A stretch of DNA of 64,000 bases, from NCBI GenBank assembly GCA_013336225.1, contig JAAXUC010000003.1, positions 9,564-73,563 on the forward strand, in the 5' to 3' direction. Position numbers and translations under genes: made by a program. This document shows, piece after piece, positions 27,103 through 37,792 of the stretch. The stretch comes from Candidatus Moraniibacteriota bacterium (lineage in GTDB: Bacteria > Patescibacteriota > Minisyncoccia > Moranbacterales > GWC2-37-73). Numbering within the stretch: the stretch's first letter is position 1; every line of letters begins with the position of its first letter. Below the pieces are notes generated by a model that did no database searches, was not told where the DNA came from, and saw nothing but the letters and a program-made list of their open reading frames with translations.

Positions 27103-28332
27103 ATGAAATTTATAGATTTATTTAAATTATCAACCCGCATGTTTAAAGCGAGAACTTCTCGAACGCTTTTGACTGTATTGGGTATGAGTATTGGTATTGC
27201 TGCTATTTTGTTTTTGGTTTCTTTGGGATATGGACTGCAAAAAACTTTGCTCGAAAGAATCACCACCTCTGATTCTCTTTTAACGCTGGATATTTCCGAG
27301 GCGAAGTCTGGCATTGTTTCTCTCAATACTGATATGATCAAAAAAATCCAGGAAATGTCTGGAGTGGAAGAGGTGAGTCCAGCTTTTCAAATCACCACAC
27401 AGGGGCATTTGGATGATTTGTCTGCAGATTTGGTCACCATTGGTTCTAAGCCTTCTTTTTTGAAATTAGGAGGATATAAACCAAGTAGTGGCGTGCTGCT
27501 CAGCGATGACAATCAAAATGGAATCGTGATCAGTAGCGCAGTGGGACAAGTTTTTGGGAAAACTGTGGAGGAAATGCTTGGAAAGGAAATGACTTTTTCA
27601 TTTTTCGTGCCAAGAAACGCTCCTGCTGTTGATGATGCTGGCAATACTTCGGATGCTCAACCCCAAAGTGATTTTGAGAAAATAAATTCCACGGTCACAT
27701 ATAAAATTGTGGGAGTTATTGATGGCGAGGATAATGTGGTCTATGTGAACATGTCATCGCTGGATGATTTGAAAATTGATAAATATGGACAAGTTAAGGT
27801 AAAAACTAGCTCCAATGGGGAAATGGGTATAATCAGGGATGCAATTTTGGAATATGGCTTGCTGGTTTCATCTCTATCAGACACTGTTGATCAAGCAAAT
27901 CAAATCTTTAGAGTTGTGCAGATCATTTTGATGTTGTTTGGAGTTGTTGCTTTGGTGGTTTCCGCTATTGGTATGTTCAACACCATGACCATCACCTTGC
28001 TTGAAAGAACGGAAGAAATTGGAATCATGAAATCAATTGGAGCTTCTGATTTTGGAATTTCGGTGATGTTTTTCATGGAATCTGCCATCATGGGATTCTT
28101 GGGCGGATGCGCCGGAGTTTCCATTGGTTGGTTGGGAGGATTAGGATTCAACACCATTATTAACATGGTTGCGGTGAGATTTGGCGGTCAGACAGTGAGT
28201 CTTTTCTATAGCCCTGCTTGGTTCGTGCTTTCAATTCTGGCTTTTTCTGGAGTGGTGGGATTTTTGACTGGACTTGTGCCAGCACGTCGCGCCAGCAAGA
28301 TTGATCCCTTGGACGCTCTACGATACAAATGA
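27103..28332 (+). CDS. ABC transporter permease (MacB/FtsX family)
   Basis: RTLLTVLGMSIGI, ERTEEIGIMKSIGA, PARRASKIDPLDALRY. Confidence 0.9.
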   Translation: MKFIDLFKLSTRMFKARTSRTLLTVLGMSIGIAAILFLVSLGYGLQKTLLERITTSDSLLTLDISEAKSGIVSLNTDMIKKIQEMSGVEEVSPAFQITTQGHLDDLSADLVTIGSKPSFLKLGGYKPSSGVLLSDDNQNGIVISSAVGQVFGKTVEEMLGKEMTFSFFVPRNAPAVDDAGNTSDAQPQSDFEKINSTVTYKIVGVIDGEDNVVYVNMSSLDDLKIDKYGQVKVKTSSNGEMGIIRDAILEYGLLVSSLSDTVDQANQIFRVVQIILMLFGVVALVVSAIGMFNTMTITLLERTEEIGIMKSIGASDFGISVMFFMESAIMGFLGGCAGVSIGWLGGLGFNTIINMVAVRFGGQTVSLFYSPAWFVLSILAFSGVVGFLTGLVPARRASKIDPLDALRYK

Positions 28333-28334
28333 AA

Positions 28335-28420
28335 ATGTATTTTGTATGATGTATTTCGTATTTCGTATGAATTCAAAATGCATTTATACAAAATACTAAA
28401 TACTGGATACGATATACAAA
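28335..28420. repeat. Intergenic heptamer-repeat hairpin (GTATTTC / AATACAA type)
   Basis: tgtattttgtatgatgtatttcgtatttcgtat...atacaaaatactaaatactggatacgatatac; relatives at ~38340-38380, ~61840-61885 and inside miaB. Confidence 0.7.
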
Positions 28421-28495
28421 AGAGCTTAATGATTGCTCTTTTTTGTTATTTGGGGATATAATATTAAAAGCATATAAATAGAACATGCAATCTTT

Positions 28496-29338
28496 ATGAA
28501 ACTTCTCTACGGAAAACCAGTTGCTGAAAAAATCTTAAGTCGCTTGAAAAGAGATATTTCTTTGTGCGACTCCAAGCCCGGCTTGGCTGTTATTTTGGTT
28601 GGCAATGATAAAGCCTCACATTTGTATGTGAATCTTAAAGAAAAAACAGCAGTTGAAATCGGGATGAATTTTTTCAGGCATGACTTGAGGGATGATGTTG
28701 CTCAGGAAGAAATTTTGCAGCTGATTGAAAAACTCAATGCGGATGAAAAAGTGCATGGCATCATTGTGCAACTTCCTTTGCCGCAAGGTTTTGACACGCA
28801 AAAAATCATCTCAAATATTGATCCAAAAAAGGATGCAGACGGATTTCATCCAACAAATACTGAGCTTTTCTTGCAAGGCAAGTTTGGCATAGCCCCGGTT
28901 TTTCCGCGCGCCATCCTGCAATTGATTGCAAGTAGCAGAGAGGATCTGAAAGACAAAAAAGCAGTAGTTGTTGCAAATTCAGATGAATTTGGCAAGATTA
29001 TGAGCGCAATGCTGAAGCGTGAAAACATCATTGCAAGCTATATTTTATCAGGCAATATCTCCTCGCAGCTCGGTCAAATTGGGGACTCAGACATCGTGGT
29101 GAGCGCTGTGGGCTCGCCAGGGCTGCTCAGGGGTGAAATGCTTAAGAATGGCTCTATCGTTATCGATGGTGGCATTGAAAAGGTGGGCGATAAGGTTTTT
29201 GGAGATGTTGATTTTGGCTCAGTTAAGGCTTTGGATGGATTTATCACGCCCGTGCCTGGTGGGGTGGGACCTGTGACAATTGCTTGTCTCTTGGAAAACG
29301 TATATTTGGCGTTTGAGGCTCAACAAAAGGAAAAGTAA
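28496..29338 (+). CDS. folD: Bifunctional methylenetetrahydrofolate dehydrogenase/cyclohydrolase
   Basis: VHGIIVQLPLP, KDADGFHP, TPVPGGVGPVT. Confidence 0.93.
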   Translation: MKLLYGKPVAEKILSRLKRDISLCDSKPGLAVILVGNDKASHLYVNLKEKTAVEIGMNFFRHDLRDDVAQEEILQLIEKLNADEKVHGIIVQLPLPQGFDTQKIISNIDPKKDADGFHPTNTELFLQGKFGIAPVFPRAILQLIASSREDLKDKKAVVVANSDEFGKIMSAMLKRENIIASYILSGNISSQLGQIGDSDIVVSAVGSPGLLRGEMLKNGSIVIDGGIEKVGDKVFGDVDFGSVKALDGFITPVPGGVGPVTIACLLENVYLAFEAQQKEK

Positions 29339-29566
29339 TCTTGATTTTGACAAAATTTTGTGATATTATAAAAACAATCTTGAATGATTGTTTTTTTGTT
29401 TGCGTTCTTATTGAAAATCGCTCGAATACATTTTTCTTTTTGTGCGGAAAAACAATTGCAACTTTTTAATATAACACCAAGGGGACTTGTTTTAATGCAA
29501 AAAAGAAAAAGTATTCTCGCTTATATTTGTTTTGTATTTTTGTAACATTTTTTAATCCCGTAGCCT

Positions 29567-31996
29567 ATGAATAAATATATACCAAGTGAAATTGAAAAAA
29601 AATGGCAGAAAGTCTGGGAAGAGAATAATTCTTTCAAGATCGATAAGGATGACGACTCTAAAGAAAAATACTACATCTTAGACATGTTTCCATATCCATC
29701 CGGAACTGGTTTGCACATGGGTCACACGGAGAGCTATACGGCTAGCGACGTTTTTTATCGTTTTAAGAAAATGCAGGGTTATAATGTTTTGCATCCGCAA
29801 GGCTTTGATTCCTTCGGTCTTCCAGCAGAAAATTATGCCATCAAGACAGGAGTAAAGCCTGCAGAAACAACTCAGAAAAATATTCTCAATTATATTGAGC
29901 AAATGAAATCACTTGGTTTTGATTATGATTTTGATGAGAAAGTGATTACCTCTGATCCTGGTTATTACAAATGGACGCAGTGGATTTTTGGTAAATTTTT
30001 TGAAAATGGTTTGGTCTATAAAAAAACCCAAAAAACCAATTGGTGTTCATCTTGCCAAACAGTCATTGCCAATGAACAGGTGGTGGACGCTAAATGCGAG
30101 CGATGTGGAACTGAAATTGTGCAGAAGGAAGTTCCAGGTTGGTTTTTTAAGATTACGGATTTTTCTGATGAATTGATTGCTGATCTGGCAACAGTTGACT
30201 GGCCGGAATACACTAAGAAAAATCAAATAAATTGGATCGGAAAATCACAGGGTGCTCTTTTGAAATTTCAAATTAAAGGTTTGGAAAATTCAATTGAAGT
30301 TTTCACTACTCGTCCTGACACCTTGTTTGGAGCTACTTACGTAGTGCTAGCTCCTGAGCATAAATTGGTCAATGAATTGAAAGATAGAATTTCCAATTGG
30401 GATGTCATTGAAAAATATATAATTCAAACTCAAAACAAAACAGAATTAGACAGGATGGAGGCCAAGGAGAAAACCGGCGAAAAACTTGAAGGTGTTGTGG
30501 TAGTGAATCCTGCAAATGGTCAGGAGCTTCCTATTTTCATAGCTGATTATGTTTTGGCTGGCTATGGAACTGGAGCTATTATGGCAGTTCCAGCGCATGA
30601 TGAGCGTGACTTTGAATTTGCGAAAAAATATGATCTTCCAATTGTGGAGGTTATTTCAGGAGGAGATGTTGATGAGAAGGCTTACATTGAAAATGGGGAA
30701 CTGGTTAATTCTGGAAAATTTGATGGAATGTCAGTTGAAAAAGCTAAACAAGAAATCACTCAAGTTGTTGGTGGAGAAATGACGGCAACTTATCGTCTGC
30801 GTGATTGGTCTTTTTCTCGTCAGCGCTATTGGGGTTGTCCTATTCCAATTGTATATTCACCAGCAGGTGAGGCGCATTTGATTCCGGAAAAACATCTGCC
30901 TTGGAAGCTTCCTGAAGATGTTGATTTTGTTCCGACAGGGGTGGCGCCACTCTCCAAATCGGAAGAATTAAAAAAACGTGTAGAAGACATTTTTGGTCAA
31001 GGATGGACAGCTGAATATGACACCATGGATACCTTTGTGGATTCTTCTTGGTATTTCTTGCGTTATCCTGATCCACATAATGAAGAAAGTTTTTGCGGTA
31101 AAGATAGATTAAAAAAATGGATGCCGGTAGATTTATATATTGGAGGAGCTGAGCATACCTATATGCACTTGCTTTATGCTAGGTTTTTTACGAAAGCAAT
31201 GCATAAAATTGGATTGATTGATTTTGACGAACCATTTCTGAAGCTTCGTCATCAAGGCATGGTGCTAGATAAGGAAGGTAAAAAAATGTCCAAGTCCAAG
31301 GGAAATGTAATTAATCCTGATAGTATGGTGGAAAAATTCGGAGCTGATGCTGTGCGAACCTATATGCTTTTTGCTGCGCCGTTGGAAGATGAGGTGATGT
31401 GGAATGAGGATAATATTGTAGGTGTGCGCAGATTTTTGGATAAAGTTTGGTCATCTTTTCAAATGTATTATTTTGGCGGGGGAATTCTTGAAGCCGAAAA
31501 TAATGATAAACAGCTTCATATAATTATAAATAAAACTATAAAGAAGGTTACTAATGATATTGAAAATTTAAGGTTCAATACTGCCATTAGTGAGCTTATG
31601 ACTGCTCTAAATAGTGTAAAAAGTCTTGTTTTAAAAAATACTATTTCAGATGATGCAAGAATGAGTTTTATTAAAAAATATTTGATCATATTGTCTCCGT
31701 TTGCTCCACACATTACTGAGGAATTATGGGAAATGACAGGGCATAAGGAATCAATCTTTTTGCAGTCATGGCCAGAAGTAGATGAAAAATATTTGCAAGA
31801 TGATGAGATTGAAATGGTGGTGCAAGTGAATGGGCGAGTGCGCGAGCGCTTGATGGTGGCCTGCGACGTCACAGAAGATGAAATTAAGGAAACCGCCTTG
31901 GAGAATGCAAAAGTGAAAGTTTTCACCGAGGGAAAAGAAATCAAGAAAATAATTTTTGTCCCTGGAAAATTGATAAACATTGTTGTGCAATTGTAA
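29567..31996 (+). CDS. leuS: Leucine--tRNA ligase
   Basis: MFPYPSG.GLHMGH, FTTRPDT, SRQRYWG.PIP, KMSKS. Confidence 0.97.
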   Translation: MNKYIPSEIEKKWQKVWEENNSFKIDKDDDSKEKYYILDMFPYPSGTGLHMGHTESYTASDVFYRFKKMQGYNVLHPQGFDSFGLPAENYAIKTGVKPAETTQKNILNYIEQMKSLGFDYDFDEKVITSDPGYYKWTQWIFGKFFENGLVYKKTQKTNWCSSCQTVIANEQVVDAKCERCGTEIVQKEVPGWFFKITDFSDELIADLATVDWPEYTKKNQINWIGKSQGALLKFQIKGLENSIEVFTTRPDTLFGATYVVLAPEHKLVNELKDRISNWDVIEKYIIQTQNKTELDRMEAKEKTGEKLEGVVVVNPANGQELPIFIADYVLAGYGTGAIMAVPAHDERDFEFAKKYDLPIVEVISGGDVDEKAYIENGELVNSGKFDGMSVEKAKQEITQVVGGEMTATYRLRDWSFSRQRYWGCPIPIVYSPAGEAHLIPEKHLPWKLPEDVDFVPTGVAPLSKSEELKKRVEDIFGQGWTAEYDTMDTFVDSSWYFLRYPDPHNEESFCGKDRLKKWMPVDLYIGGAEHTYMHLLYARFFTKAMHKIGLIDFDEPFLKLRHQGMVLDKEGKKMSKSKGNVINPDSMVEKFGADAVRTYMLFAAPLEDEVMWNEDNIVGVRRFLDKVWSSFQMYYFGGGILEAENNDKQLHIIINKTIKKVTNDIENLRFNTAISELMTALNSVKSLVLKNTISDDARMSFIKKYLIILSPFAPHITEELWEMTGHKESIFLQSWPEVDEKYLQDDEIEMVVQVNGRVRERLMVACDVTEDEIKETALENAKVKVFTEGKEIKKIIFVPGKLINIVVQL

Positions 31997-32019
31997 AAAC
32001 ATTTAAAAATACAAACAAA

Positions 32020-32700
32020 ATGCAGATAGTAATCTTGGCAGCTGGTCGCGGAACTCACATGTCTGATCTGACAAATTCAGTGCCCAAGCCGATGTTGGAA
32101 ATAAATGGCAAGCCAATCTTGGCATATAAATTGGAAGCACTTCCGCCAGAAATTGATGAAGTTATTTTTGTGATTGGATATTTGGGCAATCAAATTCAAG
32201 AATATTTTGGAAATTTTTATGCTGGTAAGAAAATTTCCTATGTGGTGCAGGCAGAATTGAATGGAACTGGCGGCGCAATGCAGTTGGTGAAGGATTTGGT
32301 GGAAAATGATTTTTTGGTGATGATGGGAGATGATTTGTACATGCAAAAAGATATTGTAAATTTAATTAAACATAATCTGGCGATGCTCACTTGTGAACTT
32401 GAAAATCCCAGTCAGTTTGGAATTGTTTCAGTTGATGAATCTGGAAAATTGCTTGAAATTGCTGAAAGAAAAAATATCATCGGGTTTGGCTTGGTGAACA
32501 CTGGTTTATATAAATTAAACAAGTCATTTTTCGATTTTGCCTTGGTGCCAATTGGCAAGGGAGAATTTGGTTTACCGCAAACGCTTGCGACAATGACAGA
32601 TCAATATGATGTGATGATTGAAAAGGCTACTAATTGGTTTCCGATTGGAAATCCGACTGACCTTGAAAATGCTTCAGCAGTTATTAGTAAATTTATATAA
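32020..32700 (+). CDS. Sugar-phosphate nucleotidyltransferase
   Basis: ILAAGRGT....T..VPKPML, GTGGA, GDD. Confidence 0.85.
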   Translation: MQIVILAAGRGTHMSDLTNSVPKPMLEINGKPILAYKLEALPPEIDEVIFVIGYLGNQIQEYFGNFYAGKKISYVVQAELNGTGGAMQLVKDLVENDFLVMMGDDLYMQKDIVNLIKHNLAMLTCELENPSQFGIVSVDESGKLLEIAERKNIIGFGLVNTGLYKLNKSFFDFALVPIGKGEFGLPQTLATMTDQYDVMIEKATNWFPIGNPTDLENASAVISKFI

Positions 32701-32702
32701 AA

Positions 32703-33731
32703 ATGAAACCCAAAAAAATCGTTACAATTGGTGGAGGAACTGGGAGTTTCACACTACTTAGTGGGCTTAAAAAATACGACGTTGATATTTCAGCCATTGT
32801 TTCCATGGCTGATGATGGAGGCTCAACTGGGATTTTGCGCGATGAACTTGGCGTTCTTCCACCGGGAGACGTGCGGCAATGCTTGGTGGCACTCAGTGAT
32901 TCTTCGGAGATGCTGCGCCGCTTGATGAGTTATCGCTTCGAAGAAGGAGGCCTGGCTGGTCATAATTTCGGGAATCTTTTTTTGTCAGCACTGGAAAAAA
33001 TAAATAAGAATTTTTCCAAAGGCGTGCAGGAAGCTTCTCGCATTCTCAATGTCAAGGGAAATGTGATTCCAGTGACTGATCAAGACACGAATCTTTTCAT
33101 GGAACTTAAAAATGGCAAGAAATTGAAAGGAGAAAATGAAATCAATCACAATTTTGAAATAGAGAAAATTGGAATCAACAAGAATTATCTTTTCCCGCGT
33201 GCCAAGGCTAATAGGCAAGCCATTGAAAAAATATTGGAAGCTGATTTGATTGTGATTGGACCAGGAAATCATTATTGTTCAATCATCCCAAATTTATTGG
33301 TGGATGGCATTGCCAGTGCGATCAAGAAATCCAAGGCAATTGTGGTCTATAATTGTAATTTGGTGAATAAAAGTGGTCACACTGAAAAATTTGATCTGGA
33401 TGCATATGTGGCAGCTATCAATGAATATATTGGAAAAGATCGGATTGATTTGGTGACTTTCAATGTTCAAAAACCAACAAGCCATTTGGTGAAAAAATAT
33501 GCAAGTCAGGGTGAAGCTTTAGTGCCTTTTGATGAAGAAAAAATGACCAATAGAACGTATCGAATCTTGCGTGCCAATGTGCTCAGTGGTCAAAAAATAA
33601 AATATAGCCTGGCTGATAGGCTTGCACTTAAGCGCACTTTCATTCGTCATGACAGCGATAAATTGGCAAAACTTTTGATTATGACCTTGGAATTAGGTGA
33701 ATATGAGCATATAATAAAAGAAATCATTTAA
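32703..33731 (+). CDS. YvcK/GlmR (CofD-related) family protein
   Basis: IGGGTG, ADDGGSTG.LR, PPGDVR, GHNFGNL, IRHDSDKLA. Confidence 0.9.
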   Translation: MKPKKIVTIGGGTGSFTLLSGLKKYDVDISAIVSMADDGGSTGILRDELGVLPPGDVRQCLVALSDSSEMLRRLMSYRFEEGGLAGHNFGNLFLSALEKINKNFSKGVQEASRILNVKGNVIPVTDQDTNLFMELKNGKKLKGENEINHNFEIEKIGINKNYLFPRAKANRQAIEKILEADLIVIGPGNHYCSIIPNLLVDGIASAIKKSKAIVVYNCNLVNKSGHTEKFDLDAYVAAINEYIGKDRIDLVTFNVQKPTSHLVKKYASQGEALVPFDEEKMTNRTYRILRANVLSGQKIKYSLADRLALKRTFIRHDSDKLAKLLIMTLELGEYEHIIKEII

Positions 33732-33741
33732 AAATAAATTT

Positions 33742-35208
33742 GTGGATGAGCAAAAACAAGAAATCATAGCAACTTCTGAGCAGAATTTGCCTGAAAAAAT
33801 GCTGACCCTTTCTGAATTTCGAAGGGAGCTTGGAATTCCATTGGTGTTGGCAAAAAAATTGATCATTTGGGGTGAAATTAATGCAGTGAAGGCAATCGAT
33901 GGCACGCTGCGAATTGCAGCGCCAGAAGTGGCAGTGGCCAGGATTGTCATTGGAACTCCACTCAAAAAGGCATATTTGTTTGTGCGCGCCCTGGGGCCAG
34001 GACTAATCACGGGAGCATCGGATGATGATCCAGGTGGAATTGGAACATATTCAGCTGTGGGTGCAAAATTCGGGATGAACATTCTGTGGATGGCTGCTTG
34101 GCTTTTGCCGATGATGCTGGCCATTCAGGAAACATGCGCGCGCATTGGGATTGTCACCAATAAGGGATTGGCTGCAGTGCTTAAGCAATATTTCAGAAGA
34201 GAAGTGGTGTTGGTGGCAGTGCTACTGTTGATGATTGCTAACATTGCCAACATTGGGGCGGATCTTGGAGCCATGGCTGCTTCACTGGAAATGGTTTCAG
34301 GTATTAATTATGCAGTTGGTGCCATCTTTTTTGCGGTAGCTATAATTTTATTGGAAATTTTTGTTAAATATCATGTCTATGTGAAAGTTTTAAAATGGCT
34401 GACTTTGTCAGTTTTTGCTTATATCATTGCTGGTTTTATGACTCATCCAAATTGGTCAGTGGTTTTTAAGAATTCTTTTATTCCTCAGATATCTTTCACA
34501 AAAGAATATATTTTTGCCATGATTGCGGTTCTTGGAACCACTATTACGCCGTATCTTTTCTTTTGGCAAGCCTCTGAAGAGGTGGAAGATGGCAAGATGA
34601 ATCATGTTATGCATAACAAGAAAGTTGTCAAAAACAGAGTTTCATTGATGCGCACTGATGTGAATGCAGGCATGATCTTGGCTAACATTGTTTTTTTCTT
34701 TATTGTGCTGACGACCGCCAATGTGTTGTTTGCCAATGGCATCACTAATATTGATTCAGCTCAAGATGCTGCACTGGCACTGCGTCCACTTGCGGGAGAT
34801 TATGCTTTTTTGCTTTTTGCTATTGGCATCATCGGAACCGGATTTTTGGCAGTGCCAATTTTAGCAGGTAGTGGAGCATATGCCTTGAGTGAACTGATGC
34901 GCTGGAATAATGGACTAGAAGAAAAATTTTCCAAAGCTAGAGGTTTCTATTTGGTGATAACCTTTTCAATCTTTGTTGGCTTGGCGATGAATTTCATGGG
35001 CATCAATCCAATCAAAGCACTTTATTGGTCAGCTTTTCTAAACGGTGTGATCGCGCTTCCACTGCTGGCGATCATCATGAAAATTGGAGGAGATAAAAAA
35101 ATTATGGGCCGAGAGACAAATCCTTTTTGGGTGAAAATTTGTGGTTGGTCGGCAGTTATTGCGACAGCAGCAGCCTTAATTGGGATGATGGTGGTAAGTT
35201 TTATATAA
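33742..35208 (+). CDS. NRAMP-family divalent cation transporter with N-terminal excisionase-like HTH segment
   Basis: LGPGLITGASDDDPGGIGTYS, GTTITPYLFFWQAS; N-terminal LTLSEFRRELGI....KKLI..GEI.A. Confidence 0.85.
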   Translation: MDEQKQEIIATSEQNLPEKMLTLSEFRRELGIPLVLAKKLIIWGEINAVKAIDGTLRIAAPEVAVARIVIGTPLKKAYLFVRALGPGLITGASDDDPGGIGTYSAVGAKFGMNILWMAAWLLPMMLAIQETCARIGIVTNKGLAAVLKQYFRREVVLVAVLLLMIANIANIGADLGAMAASLEMVSGINYAVGAIFFAVAIILLEIFVKYHVYVKVLKWLTLSVFAYIIAGFMTHPNWSVVFKNSFIPQISFTKEYIFAMIAVLGTTITPYLFFWQASEEVEDGKMNHVMHNKKVVKNRVSLMRTDVNAGMILANIVFFFIVLTTANVLFANGITNIDSAQDAALALRPLAGDYAFLLFAIGIIGTGFLAVPILAGSGAYALSELMRWNNGLEEKFSKARGFYLVITFSIFVGLAMNFMGINPIKALYWSAFLNGVIALPLLAIIMKIGGDKKIMGRETNPFWVKICGWSAVIATAAALIGMMVVSFI

Positions 35209-35211
35209 GAT

Positions 35212-35748
35212 ATGGATGAATTTGAAATAAAAATTGTAAAATATTTCAATCAACTTGGCTCAAAAAAGTTGGATGTTTTTTTTGGTTTCATAAATTCAAT
35301 CAGGTTCCTGGCTTTTTTTTGGACGATGCTGGTAATTTTAGCAGTGGCTAAACATCCGGAAATAACTAAGCCATTCCTGGAGGTTGTTGCTGTTGTGGCA
35401 ATCTTGCATTTTGGCATTACGGAAGGAATAATTAAGCATCTGCTCCTTAATTTTATCCCAAAAAGAAAACGACCATATATAGCATTTCCTGAAACAATAA
35501 AACCAATTGGAAAAAAATTCAGCGATTCATCTTTTCCTTCAAGTCACATGACAACCACTGTGGCGATGTTTTTTGTGATCACTGCTTTTTATCCATCCAT
35601 TATAATTCTGGCCGTTATGGCTATTTTGTTCATGGCATTTTCTCGCTTGTACAATGGCATGCATTATCCATCTGACATCTTGGTTGGGATTTTGCTGGGA
35701 TTATTTTATGGTTGGACAGCTTTGGAAATTTTAAGAGTTGTATTTTAA
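35212..35748 (+). CDS. PAP2 family phosphatase
   Basis: K......R.RP, SFPSSH, SRLYNGMHYPSD. Confidence 0.9.
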   Translation: MDEFEIKIVKYFNQLGSKKLDVFFGFINSIRFLAFFWTMLVILAVAKHPEITKPFLEVVAVVAILHFGITEGIIKHLLLNFIPKRKRPYIAFPETIKPIGKKFSDSSFPSSHMTTTVAMFFVITAFYPSIIILAVMAILFMAFSRLYNGMHYPSDILVGILLGLFYGWTALEILRVVF

Positions 35749-35758
35749 CTAAATTTAC

Positions 35759-36403
35759 ATGAAAGTATTTATCGATTTTGATGATGTGATTTTTAATACG
35801 AAAGAATTCAGCGCTGAACTGAAAAGTTTTTTTGAATCGCAAGGAATAAGTCAGGAACTTTTCCAGAAATATTATTATGCTGCTGATGACAATAGTGCAA
35901 TAAAATTGTTTGATCCAGAGGGGTTGATTGCGCGCTTGGAAAAATATGAGAAAATTGATGCCAGCAAATTGCGCGAAAATTTTGACCAACGCATTGAGAA
36001 TCTCACTGACTTTGTGTTTCCGGACGTCGTTGATTTTTTGAATTTTGTTGGCAAAGAAAATGTATATTTAATTTCCTTTGGTTTGCCAATTTTCCAGAAT
36101 AAAAAAATTGTGGCGTGTGGCATCAATAAGTTGGTGAGTGGCTGCATTGTTACTGGCGGTTCAAAAGCCAGCGCAATTGGCAGTGTCATGGAGAAAGTTG
36201 GAATCGCTGTCAGTGAAAAAATAATTTTCATTGATGATCGCATAGAACAAGTGCAAGACATTAAGCAAGCTTTCCCAGCTGCATGCACATTCTTGCTTTG
36301 TCGCAAGGAGGGAAGATATTGCGATGAGAAAAATGAATATTGTGATTACGAAGTTCATAATCTGAAAGAAGCACAAGAGATAATTAATGAAATAAAGCAG
36401 TAA
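35759..36403 (+). CDS. HAD-superfamily hydrolase
   Basis: FIDFDDVIF, K, FIDD. Confidence 0.75.
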   Translation: MKVFIDFDDVIFNTKEFSAELKSFFESQGISQELFQKYYYAADDNSAIKLFDPEGLIARLEKYEKIDASKLRENFDQRIENLTDFVFPDVVDFLNFVGKENVYLISFGLPIFQNKKIVACGINKLVSGCIVTGGSKASAIGSVMEKVGIAVSEKIIFIDDRIEQVQDIKQAFPAACTFLLCRKEGRYCDEKNEYCDYEVHNLKEAQEIINEIKQ

Positions 36404-36408
36404 GATAA

Positions 36409-37458
36409 ATGGATATTAAAAAACTCGAAAATTTTTTGCAAGAAAATAACTTGCCCAAGTTTCGTCTGGGGCAAATTCAAAAAGCCATCTTTACTGATGG
36501 AGCTTTCTCATTTTCTGAAATTACCACTTTATCAAAAGAACTCCGAGAAAAAATGGAAAGTCAGTTGCGGTTGCTTTCCTTTGAAACTGAAAAAGTTTTA
36601 GTGGCTAAAGATGGGCAATCCATCAAGGCACTTTTGAAATTGCATGATGGAGATTTGATTGAAACCGTTTTGATCGCTCCCAAGCCTGGCATTTGGTCTG
36701 CTTGCATCTCTTGCCAAGTTGGTTGCGCAATGGGCTGTCGGTTTTGTGCAACTGGCAAAATGGGATTTAAGCGTGACCTGACTGCTGAAGAAATCACTGA
36801 TCAAGTTTTGTTTTGGAGGCAATATCTGAAACTAAAAGCTAAAAGCGAAAAGCTAAAAGCTGAGGAAGTTTCCACCATTGTATATATGGGAATGGGGGAG
36901 CCTTTTAATAATTGGGATAATGTTTCTGAGAGTATTAAAAATCTGACAGATGAAAAATTGTTTGGTTTCGGCTCGCGCTCAATTTCTGTTTCAACTTCTG
37001 GCATTGCAAGTGGGATTGAAAGAATGGCCAATGAGTTTCCTCAGATCAATCTGGCAATTTCATTGCATTTTGCCAGTGACAAAAAACGCGATCTCTATAT
37101 GCCAGTCAATAAGAAAGACAATTTGGAATCTTTAAAAAATGCACTGAAGGGATATTTCACCATCACCAATCGCAAAGTATTTTTGGAATATATCATGCTG
37201 GATGGAATTAATGACACCGCGCTAGATGCTAAAATGCTGGCAGATTTCATTTATTCCATTGGCAGCACTCATCTTTTACATATGAATCTGATTCGCTACA
37301 ACATGACCAGCGATCCGCCAGCTGGCGGACTGCAGCCTTCTTCCAAAACCAGAACGCAAATTTTCAAGCAGGAATTAGAGAAGCATCAGGTGCATGCCAC
37401 CATTCGAAAAAGTCTCGGCGAAGAAATTAAGGCAGCCTGTGGACAGTTAGCCTCTTAG
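36409..37458 (+). CDS. rlmN: 23S rRNA/tRNA m2A methyltransferase RlmN (radical SAM)
   Basis: SCQVGCAMGCRFCATG, MGMGEP, STSG, SLH, AACGQL. Confidence 0.93.
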   Translation: MDIKKLENFLQENNLPKFRLGQIQKAIFTDGAFSFSEITTLSKELREKMESQLRLLSFETEKVLVAKDGQSIKALLKLHDGDLIETVLIAPKPGIWSACISCQVGCAMGCRFCATGKMGFKRDLTAEEITDQVLFWRQYLKLKAKSEKLKAEEVSTIVYMGMGEPFNNWDNVSESIKNLTDEKLFGFGSRSISVSTSGIASGIERMANEFPQINLAISLHFASDKKRDLYMPVNKKDNLESLKNALKGYFTITNRKVFLEYIMLDGINDTALDAKMLADFIYSIGSTHLLHMNLIRYNMTSDPPAGGLQPSSKTRTQIFKQELEKHQVHATIRKSLGEEIKAACGQLAS

Positions 37459-37472
37459 AAAAATGGATAAAT

Positions 37473-37507
37473 TAAAACGGGCCATCAGTTGACGGTCCGT
37501 TTTTTTG
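37473..37507. terminator. Bidirectional terminator between convergent genes
   Basis: aaaacgggcc-tca..tga-ggtccgtttt hairpin with A and T tails. Confidence 0.65.
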
Positions 37508-37528
37508 ATTGCATTTTGCTTTTACTTA

Positions 37529-37792
37529 TCATCTGTTCCATGGCGTTGGAGGTGACGAGGATCTTTCCAGTTCAATTTCTTCATTATTGGGTTTTCTTTT
37601 TTCTGGACGGTAAAGCATTCCGCAGACTTTTCGAGACCGCTGCCATCCTCCCAAGGGATTGTGGCTTGGGTAAAAAATATTGGAAGATTCCAGTTTTTTT
37701 GAGCGATTCATCTGCCTGATTAGTAGTGCGATAATGATTCCACCTGGAATTATTATCGCTGCACAGCAGTACAACACTTTAAGCAATTTCAT
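37529..37792 (-). CDS. Small hypothetical membrane protein
   Basis: AGGAG upstream of ATG 37792, TTGACA-17-TATACT promoter, hydrophobic N-terminus. Confidence 0.5.
   Translation of the reverse strand: MKLLKVLYCCAAIIIPGGIIIALLIRQMNRSKKLESSNIFYPSHNPLGGWQRSRKVCGMLYRPEKRKPNNEEIELERSSSPPTPWNR

Noticed and set aside
29340-29566. T-box upstream of leuS
   Set aside because: No TGGNACC bulge on the coding strand; only an imperfect AT-rich inverted repeat (~29423-29445 vs ~29497-29519).
31480-31690. AT-rich stretch inside leuS as a possible intein or foreign insert
   Set aside because: It translates as the normal anticodon-binding helical region (FNTAISELM, LSPFAPH) with no intein motifs.
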